A stretch of DNA of 64,000 nucleotides from Pocillopora damicornis. Taxonomy: Eukaryota. Location of the stretch: positions 1-64,000 of the forward strand of contig NW_020847687.1 of assembly GCF_003704095.1 (NCBI RefSeq), read 5' to 3'. Positions 1-12,600 of this stretch are shown in pieces. The notes under the pieces are model-generated. The model ran no database searches and was not told the DNA's origin. It saw nothing but the letters and a program-made list of their open reading frames with translations. The first letter of the stretch is position 1, and each line of letters opens with the position of its first letter. The translations under genes were made by a program, and so were the position numbers.

Positions 1-1052
1 TGAGAAGACCTATTTCATTGCAAATTACACGCACGCTAAAGATAAGAAGTCTGATGCTGTAGATCGAGCCGCCCTTGACATCTTGGATTCTGTTCTGTTG
101 TCTGCCGAAAGGTTTATCAGAATCCGTAAACAGCGAGAGAAAAATAAGATGGAGAGAGATGTGATGGCAGGAGGTAACAGATTTTGTCTTAGCTATTGGT
201 AAATGTGAGAAAATGAAATGGATGCTTAATGTATGTTACTCCTAATCCGAGCAGTATATGCAGAACAATTTTTTACGATAAGTCCCGTATATGGCCCAAG
301 CCACCAACGAGTTTTCTGTAGCTAAGCGATAGAGTATTCCGCAAGGAGGAACCGAAGGTTCCAATACGCTTCGAAGACACTTTTTTTTTCACACTCGACA
401 AATATGTTGAACATATGTCTTCCTGACACCAAAAAAAAAACCCCAATAGTATTGGTAACGTGGTGGGCATGGGAGATGAAAGCAAATCAGGATACAGATA
501 GAGGGTTGATGATTTTAGAATCTTCAGGCTTTTAGAATTCGTATTATGATAATAACCGACAAAAATGCTTAATGTAACTCAAGAGAGGTTCCTGGTTGGC
601 AAGCTAAGCACAACGTTTTACATCAATATTCAACGACAAAATGAAATCTAGATTTTCTCACTTACTCCAATCCTTGAAGTGTACCAAAAAAACAGTTGTC
701 TTCTACTAAAGATTCAAAGATTTTAACTTTAGTGTACAAACGGCTAAACACAGACGGCGAGTGTGCCTTTGTTGTTAATGTCCTCCTCAACTGCTCCTCA
801 GTGCCCTTCTTATTTTTTCCGTCGTCAGGACCATCCCTTAGTGGGGAAACCATTGAGCAGTTCTTGGCCCGTCTGCAGCATAAACACCACTGGTCTGACC
901 AGGGTAAGATGAAAACTTTGAAGGAACACCTGAAGAAAGAAGAGATCAACACCCTAGCGGTGCTGAAGGAAATGTGGGAAGATATCAAGTCGAGTCTGCC
1001 ATTGTCCATTGGAATGAAGATAGTCTTGGAGGAGGAGATGCAGAGCTTGTGA
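1..1052 (+). CDS. 3' end of an IFI44-like P-loop GTPase with a C-terminal SAM-like domain (exons <1-173 and 829-1052)
   Basis: The first exon reads EKTYFIANYTHAKDKKSDAVDRAALDILDSVLLSAERFI, resembling the IFI44 C-terminal 'xxxxNY...L..L..A..F' segment. A phase-1 GT/AG splice joins it to GPSLSGETIEQFLARL...LKKEEINTLAVLKEMWEDIKSSLPLSIGMKIVLEEE*, a SAM-like pattern. Confidence 0.6.
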
Positions 1053-1990
1053 AAGGCATTGATTGGGATTGAAAGGGATTGATTGATTTAGTTTAGGTCA
1101 TTTAAAAAATGGTCGAAGACTTGCGCATAAAAAAATATGTAACCAGATTGGGTAGATTTCTGATTGCAGTTCTTTCCAATATTTTTTTTGGAAAATCTGC
1201 GGGACAAGGGTTTCTTTGCCCACGAAAAAGTCCTAGGTCTTAAGCAAAGTGAGCTGGGGAGAGGTCTGTTAGGGATTTGGCACTAACTGGTCCTTAGTAT
1301 CAGAGAAAGATTCCCAGCAGGGTCTGACTGAGCTAAATTGAGCTATTTTCATCGAGGTCCAGCTCGCTCCGCGGAAGAAAAAACGTTTGTGCCACAGTCC
1401 TAATGAAAAGGGCCTGCTATCAGAACATAGTTTGCTTTTTCCATGTTTTCTAGGAACTATATTTCATATATTAGTGTTGTTTATGTATTGTGTTCTTCAA
1501 AAGCCAGTCGATAAGAAAGATGGCCAGAAAACGAATGCCGCTAGGTGAAAACGAAGGAATCTTTGTTTTCAACATATCAACTGCGATAAACTGCAAGGGC
1601 CTGTTATTTAAACAAAGTTTAGCTGTAGTTTAACAAAACTGCGCTCTAAGTCATCTTGAATTTAGCCAAACCTTTTATCTGAACTTTTGTTTTTTTGAGA
1701 ACAGCGTCAAAGGGGCAGAAAGCTTATAGTGGAAGCAATTAATTCAATGAATCAACCCTATTAAAGAGAATCTCCGAGGCTCACTGCTGGCGTGAAACCA
1801 CGGTTTGGGTTAGACCCCGTGGAGATAACCGGCCCTGACAGCTTTGTTCAGCAGAAAATAAAAAACAGTTGTACGCTTGATTAAACGCCATTAAAAAGAG
1901 ATGAACTACCTTTCTGTGGATGTCGTCATTTTAAACGAGGTATTTCATTTACAATGACAGGGGTCTGGGGGTAAATAAAGGTACTGTTAG

Positions 1991-2197
1991 AATATTAAAA
2001 ATAACGAAGAAGATTGCAAGAGAAAGATTGAAAGAGGAAGACGCATTCTTGAACTCCAAAAGAAACTGATGGACTACCATTTTCAGACTTGCCCATGGAT
2101 CAAGAAAGAACCTTCACAGGTCTGCCTGTGGACGACATTGATGCGAATCGCATTGCCTTGATCGGCCCTTCGGGTTCTGGGAAAACTAGTTTTATCG
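1991..2197 (+). pseudogene. Frameshifted IFI44-like GTPase exon fragment with a P-loop
   Basis: NIKNNEEDCKRKIERGRRILELQKKLMDYHF continues, after a frameshift near 2083, as SDLPMDQERTFTGLPVDDIDANRIALIGPSGSGKTSFI followed by a GTAAG donor. No downstream exons were found before RBBP5. Confidence 0.55.
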
Positions 2198-2882
2198 GTA
2201 AGAACAAAAGTTTACTTTTTGAATCAACATCTGATGCTTCTATCACTGTTGTGATTAAGAAATAAACACGAGTTTTTCCAAAGAGTATTTATAAAATTAA
2301 ACAAGGGCCAAGAATGAAAATTGGTCCTTGTAAATTCGCTATTTAACGAATTTTCAAAAGATGGGTTAATAGAAAGCTAATCAGGGGTTATTCTGTGTTT
2401 TTTGGCTTGTTTTCTGATCGGTACGCTTTTTTAGGTTTATCTCACTGATGTACCTGATTAACGTTAAATTAAACGATAAAATGGAAATGATTGGAAATGT
2501 AGTTGACTTTAACATTTAGAATATTTTCAAACGATAGAACAACGAATGCTTATTTTCGTGATATTCCACAATAGCTGAAAGCAGCCATAGAAACTATCAC
2601 ATCTCCTACCTATATCGGGCCGCATGCAGCTGACGCAAGCTCAATTACAGATTGCTGAGACGCAAAACAGCCGGGTGCATGCGATATTGCCCTCCCGAGG
2701 GTCATAAATCGTCCGAACAGATTAATAGAACGATTCACAGTCATGAATCCACCGTGCAAACCTCTATAAATCGCGCATCAAACAACGTTCACCTATTTAC
2801 TCATAGTTCCTCCCCTACCATGGAGGTATGGATAGGACTGAAAAATTTACAAGGTGAAATGAAGGGGTAGGAGGCGGAGGGA

Positions 2883-2956
2883 AGTCTCGTACCCAAACCT
2901 TTCACGGCCAAGCGGTTGATACATTTCAGTTACAGGTTGGGATCTGGGTACGAGAT
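2883..2956. mobile_element. Short TIR element (MITE)
   Basis: Inverted ends agtctcgtaccca ... tgggtacgagatt. Confidence 0.6.
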
Positions 2957-3649
2957 TAGGGAAGGGGACAGTGAAGCAAACGGCCTAGAAAGAAAGCGGG
3001 GCATATCATTCGCCCAAGTGACGACAGCAAAACGATCATGATCAATGTTTTTTTCTTTCGAATTTAATGTTATTTTTATGTGCACCATTTCCGAGAATGA
3101 GTTGGAGCACGTTCGTTACCTAATTGTCTGTCAAAGTCGTTTTTCAACATATCTCAGACAAAAGTCGTCTGGGTATGTGTCCCTGAAATAAATTAGACAG
3201 TTAGTTACCGGGCGCTTTTCTGGCCGAACGGAAAGAACTCATTCCTCGCGAACACACGCGTATACTTGTGCAAATATACGGCGCACAAAACCCCATGCAT
3301 TTCGCGATTAGTCCACTTATAGCGTGCAAACTAACTACCTCTGATCCATTCCATTTACGCACTCGACGTTCGACTGGTCTATTTTGGGAAATAGGCGAAG
3401 TGATCGAAATTTCCTGAATTAGCCTTTTAAAAGAAGAAAGCCTTCAGTTCTTAAAGAATAAAAATACGTAAATAATGTTCAGTAGCATCAGGAGACATTT
3501 AAGTGTCGCCTGAACACGAGAAGCGTTTCCAATTTCTTTCCAATCAATTTTGCCTCTACACTTTTCATCAGTTGATGTCCCACTCTGCAAATGTTCTTCT
3601 GCCTGTTCAAATATGGTTTCAAGTTCTCCACGCTTTAGTGTGAGTGGAG

Positions 3650-6600
3650 TTATTCAAATGCAGAATCTGTGTCTAAATCCGTGGACAAGTCCGGCGGGAT
3701 CGCGCTTAGTTCGGTGGCGACAGTTTCCGGCACTGTGGGTGGGGTATCAACAGAAGGAGGATCTTTCTGGATGGAGGGTTCCTTGGGCTGACCTGTAGAA
3801 AAGAATGGATATAGAGCATGAGTGTTATCATAACAAAGGCCGCAGTGCATTCGAGGAAAGAGTCATGAGAGCTAGCGGCTAACATCCACCTAATCTTACC
3901 TTGGTTTTTCTATATTAAGCAGCTGAGGAAGTGGGTATTTTCACAACAAGAGATGCTGGTATATGACAGGTGATCTCTAGTCATTTGAGAAGTTTCGCTA
4001 AAATTTCACTAGTTGCCAAAACTTTAGGCTGAAGTGAGAAACTGAGAATGAATCGTCCCAGCGTTCCCAGTCCATGCTAGAGCGCAGACCCACAAACTTG
4101 GTCGCAAAGGTTGCAAGCTTATATCACTCATGACTTTTGCCCCCTATCTTAGCCCTCGTGCAAGATTGAAAGACTTTTTTGTTACAGTGGCCTGCATTCA
4201 AATAACATTCAACGCTATATGAGGGTGCTGAAACTTATTTTTGTGGGTTTTGGGTCAAAATAGTATGTTCCTACGAATTTTCCAACACAAGTTGTTCAAA
4301 ATTGTAGACCGTGCTTTATTAGTAAGATCACAACGACTCCCTTAGGAAGAAACAAAGGCCCTTTTTTTTTTCAACGTTATTCATTCTTGCATATAATATA
4401 CACAGAGCGTGTCACATGCTAGTCTGAGTACTACCGTCCGATAGTTAAGCACCTCACGTATGACGCAAAGAATTTGGACAACCCTGTGAGCGCCTTAAGT
4501 GTGGGGAGGGGAAGGGAGGGGGGGGGAAGGTAGGGAATCTCTTCCCCAAGGGCGCTGAGGGTGGGGTGAGGTTGAGATAATTCCAATCTAACTTACCGAA
4601 GCCCTTACTCTCCTGGTGGACTTCACTTGAACTGTGTCGAATGTCAATCACTTTCACCTTCTTCTTCGATGATTCAGCTCCAGTCTCTTGAGAAGCGCGC
4701 CTCTTGTTCTCAGAATCGTGGGGACGAATTTCAGTCTGAAAGCAAGACATATAAATTTTTGTTTGGAAATTCGTCTCAATTCTTTAGCTTGCGAAGAATT
4801 AGTCCCAACTAAACGCCATATAACATTAGAGGAAAGAAGGGCGAGTTCTGGTAAATGCATGGGTCTTAAGTGGAAAAACCCACTGTACTTTTCGGAAAAG
4901 CTTCACACAGAAGTTTCTTGAGCGTCGAAAGTCTTACGAGATAGCAATGACTTGCCCCCAATCAGATGCAAAACTTGAGCCAATCGCAAATTGACCACTC
5001 GCGTTTTCCCGCGCTTTTAATAGTTTGTTTGTTTCCCCTTTAATTTCTGATTGGTTCCATGCGATCTTTTTTTTTTGTTCTGATTGGCTGATTGTGATAA
5101 ATCTCGTCATGGTTTTTCCATTACTAAACCAAATGCACAGCATAAGAGAAAGTATTTTAACATACTTCTTGAGTCCAACCGGTCTCTTCTGGGTCGTCAA
5201 CTTCAGGTGCCACAGGAAGGTAGTACACGGAGTCCAAATCTTCATCGTTCTCCTCGTCACTGAAATAATTTAGCAGCAACATTCATGTCAAATTGTTCAA
5301 TCATTCACACCCTAACATCAGTAGGCATATTCTCCATACTGTTCTCAATACATTTTCAAAAGTAAAGACAAGGAGAATTTGTTTAAATATCAAGAGCTTC
5401 TTTAGTCGATGATTGTTTACCTCATTCTCATGACCTCAATGTTTGATTCAGGGGTGATATTGTGAGGAGAAATTAGATGTTAGTCACTCTTAGGGTCAAA
5501 GGATTAAAGGAGAACAATCTTCCTAATGTGACTCTAAATTAAGAATTTGCATAAAAATAAATAAGTATAGAAAAGATTGTACCTGCTGCACAAAGCTGGA
5601 ATTCTCTCCACTGCACACACATCAACTTCATCTTCCTCTCCTGCTTCAGTTTCGGATGGAACTTCAGCTTCTTCGTCTTCATCCTCCTACAAGTTAGAAC
5701 CAACACTCAGCCCAACCCCTAGTATCTCCGCTTGGCTCAATTAGCACTTTCCGCCCTTTGCACCCATTGTATTTCCCTCTCTTCACACCAAAATCATTTT
5801 TCTTACAGAATTTTCATTGCATACAAAAAGGGTACTCTGTAGACAGAAGATAATTCCCACCAATCAACTTTTAATGAAAAATAGAGTAACAATAGCTCAT
5901 GCTTAGCAATCAGACTCGCAGCAAAACATATACTTACTATATCAAACTCATTCTCCTTCTCTTCATATTCGACATTTTCATCCAACTCTTTAAAATCTGG
6001 TGCAAATGCACTCCAGTTTTCCTACGCAAGAGAGACAAAATCGGATGATAAGTTTAAAATAAACTTATTTCACTGCAACCAGAAGGAAGGAAATTACAAA
6101 TGTTGTATGACCAATCTGAACGAGTAAAGAGACCTTAAACAATCATCTGAATTGAAATTTGGATTAAATTAATTTAATCAGTCTAGGTCTATGTGCCACC
6201 AATAATGAATTGATATCACTTTAAATAGCTACAAATTAATTATTAATTAGTGATTCTCCAGTCTAATACAACAACTATCAACACAATTTTAATATTCTAA
6301 AAAACTTACCACGTGATTTTGAGCCCAAATCGAGACAACTCCACTTGAAATCGAAGCTATTATGGGTCTGATAGGGTGCCACTAATCATGGAAAAAAAAA
6401 ATGAATAATAGAGAGGTTATGTTCATCATTCCACAAGGGGAACACAGTCAGCCAATTGAAAAAATTTTCCTCTTTGAAGACATGTACCACAACAAGAAGG
6501 GGATGTTGAAGAAAATTGCAGTCATATGTCAGCCTTTAAACAGTCTTTGTTATAGTTTCTAACAGTCCGTTTGACCAACAAAATAATATTCCAATCTTAC

Positions 6601-9600
6601 CACGACTTCCAACAACAGTTCGCCCTTGGTACCATGAAGAATTTTAACAAGATTTCCGACTCCTTTTTCCCAAATGTACAATGCATGAGTGCGAGATGAT
6701 CCTGTCATAACACAACACATTTAGTATGAAAAACCAGCAAGAACACCACCAATGTAACATTGCATCTTGAATTAGATATTTTGCTACAGGAGTGAAAGAA
6801 CAGTGGATTGTTCAAACTTCAATTGTTACCACAAGTTAGCAATTCAATCAGTCGCATTACATTTAAGTATACATAATTTACATTCAGGANNNNNNNNNNN
6901 NNNNNNNNNNNNNNNNNNNNNNNNNNNNNNNNNNNNNNNNNNNNNNNNNNNNNNNNNNNNNNNNNNNNNNNNNNNNNNNNNNNNNNNNNNNNNNNNNNNN
7001 NNNNNNNNNNNNNNNNNNNNNNNNNNNNNNNNNNNNNNNNNNNNNNNNNNNNNNNNNNNNNNNNNNNNNNNNNNNNNNNNNNNNNNNNNNNNNNNNNNNN
7101 NNNNNNNNNNNNNNNNNNNNNNNNNNNNNNNNNNNNNNNNNNNNNNNNNNNNNNNNNNNNNNNNNNNNNNNNNNNNNNNNNNNNNNNNAAACCTTGCAGA
7201 ATTCAGTACCTTGCAACAATTTCTGAAGCAAGCAAAAAGCATTATACCAAGCAAGAAAATGCTTCAACATCATAGGGTTATGTGCAACATTAATCAGATT
7301 CTAGTAAGTTCATCCAAATTAACCACATATAAAATTAGCAGGAAGAAATATTTTTTTTACCTGCACAGATATATTCTCCATCGCCTGAGAAGCAACACTT
7401 TTTCCAGAGTGTCCTGCCAATCAAATGAAGCTACATGAAAAAACTACTCTCATTCCCATATATGACTTTCTCAGATCAATATCAGTATCTGGGCAACTGC
7501 CAACCTACCCCTCCCCTAACTCAACAACAGGCAATTGACGACAAGATAAGGTTAATGTTGGGTTAGGGGAGGGGTAGGTGGGCAGTTGCCCAGACACTGA
7601 TACTGATCTACTTTCTCCTTTGCAAAGTATAGAGCCACCTCTTATTCATAACGGTAACAGGATGAAGCAGGATCCATCATGAGGAAACTTTCTCACACTG
7701 TTCTATCTTTGCCCATGTCACCCTCACCTTCATATGTATGATGCTAGTGACAAAATTACATTTAAAAAAACACCATTTATCACCTATTAACAAGATCTTG
7801 GAGTTTCTGTATTGGTTCAGGCTCAGCTCCTTCTGTTCCTTGGCAGGACAGCACAATTTGACTGTCAAATACTCTTATTATCCTGTCTTGAGAGTTTATC
7901 AGGAAGGCACTGAAGGTAAAAAAACACAATTCCATTACTGTTAACCCTTTAACCATGAGAATCCAGTGGATTAAAAAATCTCCCTTCTAGAAGGCCTGCA
8001 TTTTATTGAAAAAAGTTCAAGAGTATCTAGTTTTCCATCAAGAAAACACCCACTAACTCATCTACTTGTCTTTTCTTGTCACCTGCTCATTGGATAATGT
8101 CTTGAAGTTGCAAGGAGAAGTTGCATGTTGATCAAAGATTAAAGAAATAACTGTAGTAGCTGTCAAGTGCCCCACGAATCTAACAGAGTCATACAGACTG
8201 ACTTGGGACCATTCGAAAATCTTGGATGGTTTTGGGATAATTGGATGATGGAACCATCTAATGCTCTTTCAGTTTCATTGACCAAGAAATGTTTAATTGG
8301 CAGTTAGCATCTTAAACAAGTGTATGAGCTGCCTATCCTTATCTGTAACACACCTGCCTCTGCGGGCAAATTCTATCCCCTTGATAGCTGTATTAGCACT
8401 TGTTCCTGTTTGTATTCTGAAGGAGGTCACCACCTGCAGTTTGTACAATGTTGCAAAATCTACCTTAACAATAAAATTAGAGAAATAAAAGACTGAATTC
8501 CTCACAAAAGTCACTTTCACATGCAGTAGAAAGAGAATGAAATGAAAAATCTTGACAAAAAATAACAATGAAGACAATAATTTTCTTCCACACAATTTGA
8601 GGATGAAATTCTGTTCTGAATTAAATTATAGTCCCAGGATTAAAACACTTCCTGATTTGACAGTGAAATATATTTTCTAGTACAACTGACTTTTACCTGA
8701 AGAGTCTCTGCTTCAATTACCAGTACCTGCAGGAAAGATACAAAAATATTCTTAAGTATAAAGCCATATATAGTTTCCACTTATGTTGTTTATCCCAACT
8801 ATTGTAATGAAGTTTTTGAGGTACGGGTAACTCACAACAACATTTCACCAAGTGCTATGTTTGGGTCAAAGTAGTTAAACAATCCTCCATACCTACTGAG
8901 GTTAGACAGCCAGAAGAGATTGCAACTGTCATTTCTCTCTCCAATTTAGTTTTTAATCATATTTTAGTCCGTCTTTAACCCTTGCACCCCTAAGAGTGAC
9001 TAACATCTAATTTCTCCTTGCAATATACTCCCTGAATCACACATTAAGCTCACAAGAATAAAGGAAATGATCACCAACTTTTTAAAGAAGCATTTGATTG
9101 TTAAACAAATTCTCCTTGTCAGCACCCTAAGAAATGTATGATGAACAGTATGGAGAATATGAATTCTGATGTTAGAGTGTAAAGGGTTAACATAAGTTAT
9201 TCTATCATTCTATTAATCGCCCTTTGTTTCCTTTTCCCTAAACTTTCCTTCTCCCTTATGACTGCAACATAATGTTCTCATGATTAAAAAAAAAAGTGTA
9301 TAATGAAAGAAGTCATACTAACCTTTCCCTTTGAATTCCCTGTGTAAATGTATTCTCCTTTTCTATCAAAAGATGCCACAATGTTCTGTTCAGACTAAGC
9401 AAACACAAATTTGGTATTTTAGTTCAGATATTCAGTCACCACATTCATGTTTATTTGCTGAATTGTAAGTTTTCCAAATGTTTACAAACAAGTCACAGGA
9501 CTCTTTGGTGTGACACTTAGCAGCAATGTACAAACCATTTAACTCCCATGAGTGACCAAAACAGAATTTCTCCTTACAATATCAATACAGTACCTCAATA

Positions 9601-12600
9601 CAATACCAAGCCACTGAGTGACAAGAAGAAAAGGGATTATTAGTTAATCTAAAACCAAATTCTTTTCACTAACATCATAATAATTGTATGGCATCCAGTA
9701 AGGAGAATTACTTAAAAGATCTTGGGAGTGATGGGGTTAATAAAACAAGAGTAGCAGTGATGAGGGGAGGAAAAAAAGGAGCTGACCATTGGATTTTCCT
9801 TCATCATGTTCTTCTCAGTCTCTTTATGGTTAATCAGTGGTCTTTTACCATGGGAAAGTTTTCTCCCTCTCTTTAAGACATTTATCGTTCCTTTTGATGT
9901 CATTTTTCTTGTCCTTGAAGACTCCTTAGCTGAAGCAACTCTTGGGTATAGTGAAAAGGTGCTCAAGGAATTATTGATGTGTGAAAACAAGGAAGAATCT
10001 GAAGAGGGATTCTTTCCCAGAACTTATTAAGACATTAGTCCTCTTGCCAACAAACAACTCCCAGCATTTCACACTTTGTAAAAGTGTTTTTATTTCTCAT
10101 TTCTTGCATAATTGTCACTTTGCTTGGTTAAATCAACTTTAACAAAGATCTTTAGTATCACCATTAGGCCACTAGGCTTTGGGAACAAAGGATGTCATCT
10201 TGGAAATTAAATGATTTTGAATTATGAGTTTGAGGGCATGATGCAAAGTCCCAGTTTTTAAAATATTACTTGCAGAAAAATAGCTTGAAATTAAGTCTCC
10301 AGCATTCATGTAATAGTAATGTTAAAAATACATTCACAAACAGCCAAATAAAAAAATGGATCACCATCTTTAGCTAGATGAACAAAAGAGACTCAGAGAG
10401 CGCAATTCTCGACCTAAATTTTGAAGGCCTTGATGGATAAACTCACATCACTATACCACAATCTCCTGTTCTGACATTTCTTAATGGAAATGCTGCTCAA
10501 TAAGTATCACAAGTTATGATGTTATAGCTATGTAGCCTAAGGCAGACTCTCTGTTGGTGGAAACTAGCAAAATTGGTGATGGCCTGAAAAGAAGTAATGA
10601 AGAGCAGGCCAAGTGGTGAGGTTCCTTCCAACTTTCCTTCCAATTTTTTCTTTTTTGCTCACCCAGATTTTTTGCTTGCTACTGAAAACTTACAGTTTAA
10701 AACAGGTTGATAGCCATGCAATGAATCAAATGAATGTGCAGCCTTTCTTGATATTACTGTAATTCTAAATTTTGAAGTTGCAAAATCCCATCCTGTGTGA
10801 GGATGTTACGCAATGAAACATGATTCTTGTGCAGCTCTTTCTCATAATAAGTGATCTGAGGAGGAAACCACTGCTGTAAATCTTCAAAGCATTTACTAAA
10901 TTTACAACACTGTTCTTCATTTCTGCTGCATTTTATTGCAATGTACAAAATAATGCTGACTGGACTAAAAAGCAGATCTCCTTCAGCAAGAATGGCAATG
11001 AAGCTGGAATCGATGCTGGAGAAGTGTTCAGCTTCTTTTCTTGTTATGACCACAGCACATGACCAATGACACAGATTACGAAGATTGCTGAGGTCAGAAT
11101 ACAACTTGTCACATTCTTCGTTGCACAAATCAGTTGCTCTTTTTTTGTCTCCATTAGTGTAATAAAACAGACACTTTACAGCACTGCTATGAATTCCACC
11201 ATCTTCAAATCCAGATGGGTGCTTCAATACTCCTGCCTTTGAAATCCAACTTTCAGCTTGAGCTAACAACCCCTGCTGCTGTTCAGCACTTGAGCCACAT
11301 GTTGATAATGCCATTAGATGATAGCTGTCACCAAGGGAAAGAAACAGCAGCTTCTCATAAGCACTTTGGAAACTTGGGTCTGTGATAACCCTTGGCAAAT
11401 CATCTAAAATCACTTTTGCAACATGCTCGACTTTACCACTTTCTAATCTGCGGAAGAAAAAGTGTTTGAACTCCTGCAAGGTTTCAGTTAGATGCATTGA
11501 TTCAAAGTAGTTCTCATTGTTTTGGAAATGATTTAGGCTGTTGTGTGAATTAACTTGTGCTAACTGAGATTCCGCATTGCTGGGGGAATCAGAATTCTTC
11601 AAGACCAGGTACAGAGTAACAAAGTCACCACTTGACCTGAACGTGTCTGCAGCAAGTTGCGACTGTAAGATGGCAAGGGGAAGATCGCTCACCATAGATT
11701 CAAGAATGGATATTGCATCCTTTCGTTGCTCAAAATCCAAGTGATCCATCATGTTATTTGATACTACAAAGTAATTTGGGCATGTCCCACTTGTCGTGTA
11801 GGACAGCAGTTCTTCAATTATGACTAAAATGCACTCCAGAATTCTCTCCTCATCCCAAGAACTCTCAGGCATTCTTTCGGAAAGCCAAAAAATAGCAGTC
11901 TTAATGAAATAAGAGCAAATCACTTTTGGCTCTGCGCTTAAGTTTTCTTTGCACAGAGATTTCACTGCGATGTAACATTTGATCTTCACGTCACTCCAAC
12001 ATCGGATTAGTGTTTTTTCTGCTAGAGAGAAAGACAATCGCCATTCTTTGCCTCGATCTTCACTGCACGGATGACCGACACCGACGTACAAGCACCCTTT
12101 AGAAACGATTTTCTCTATAATTTCCGGACTAGGTTGGTTAAATTCTCTCGGGCGAGAAGCAAATTCAGAGGCGATGTCAGGCCATTCGCAACACGGTAAC
12201 GCACAAACAAAGTCTTGATTGTGGGCATCATCTGTTAGCGCAGGACCATGTTCTGTAAGATCACCAAAAAAATCGTCATCATTTTCGGTCTCTTCTGGGT
12301 CCGATTCCAACATGAACGCCTTCACGACATCACTTCTGAGAAATCCGTCATTTTCAGTTAGCTTAAAATCATTATGTCCGCTTTTGACGTTATTTCGACG
12401 TAAATGCACATAGCCTGGGTGGAGATCACTAGCGATGAAATAAGAAACTTCTTTCTCTTCTTCAATGATACTTGTAGACTGATTAACGACTCGAAAATTG
12501 TGGTTAACAAACATGAAATCATCGTCGGCTGCTCGCTCTATTCCTTCAGCTTTGCTGCCAGTGTAGTGAAACGTAACTAGCGTTTGCGAGTCATCCATGG

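Noticed and set aside
6803-7438. Long ORFs containing X runs
   Set aside because: Artifacts of translating through the N gap.
9712-10030. Overlapping short ORFs downstream of the cGLR
   Set aside because: No motifs, no usable in-frame start or acceptor, and partly MITE-derived.
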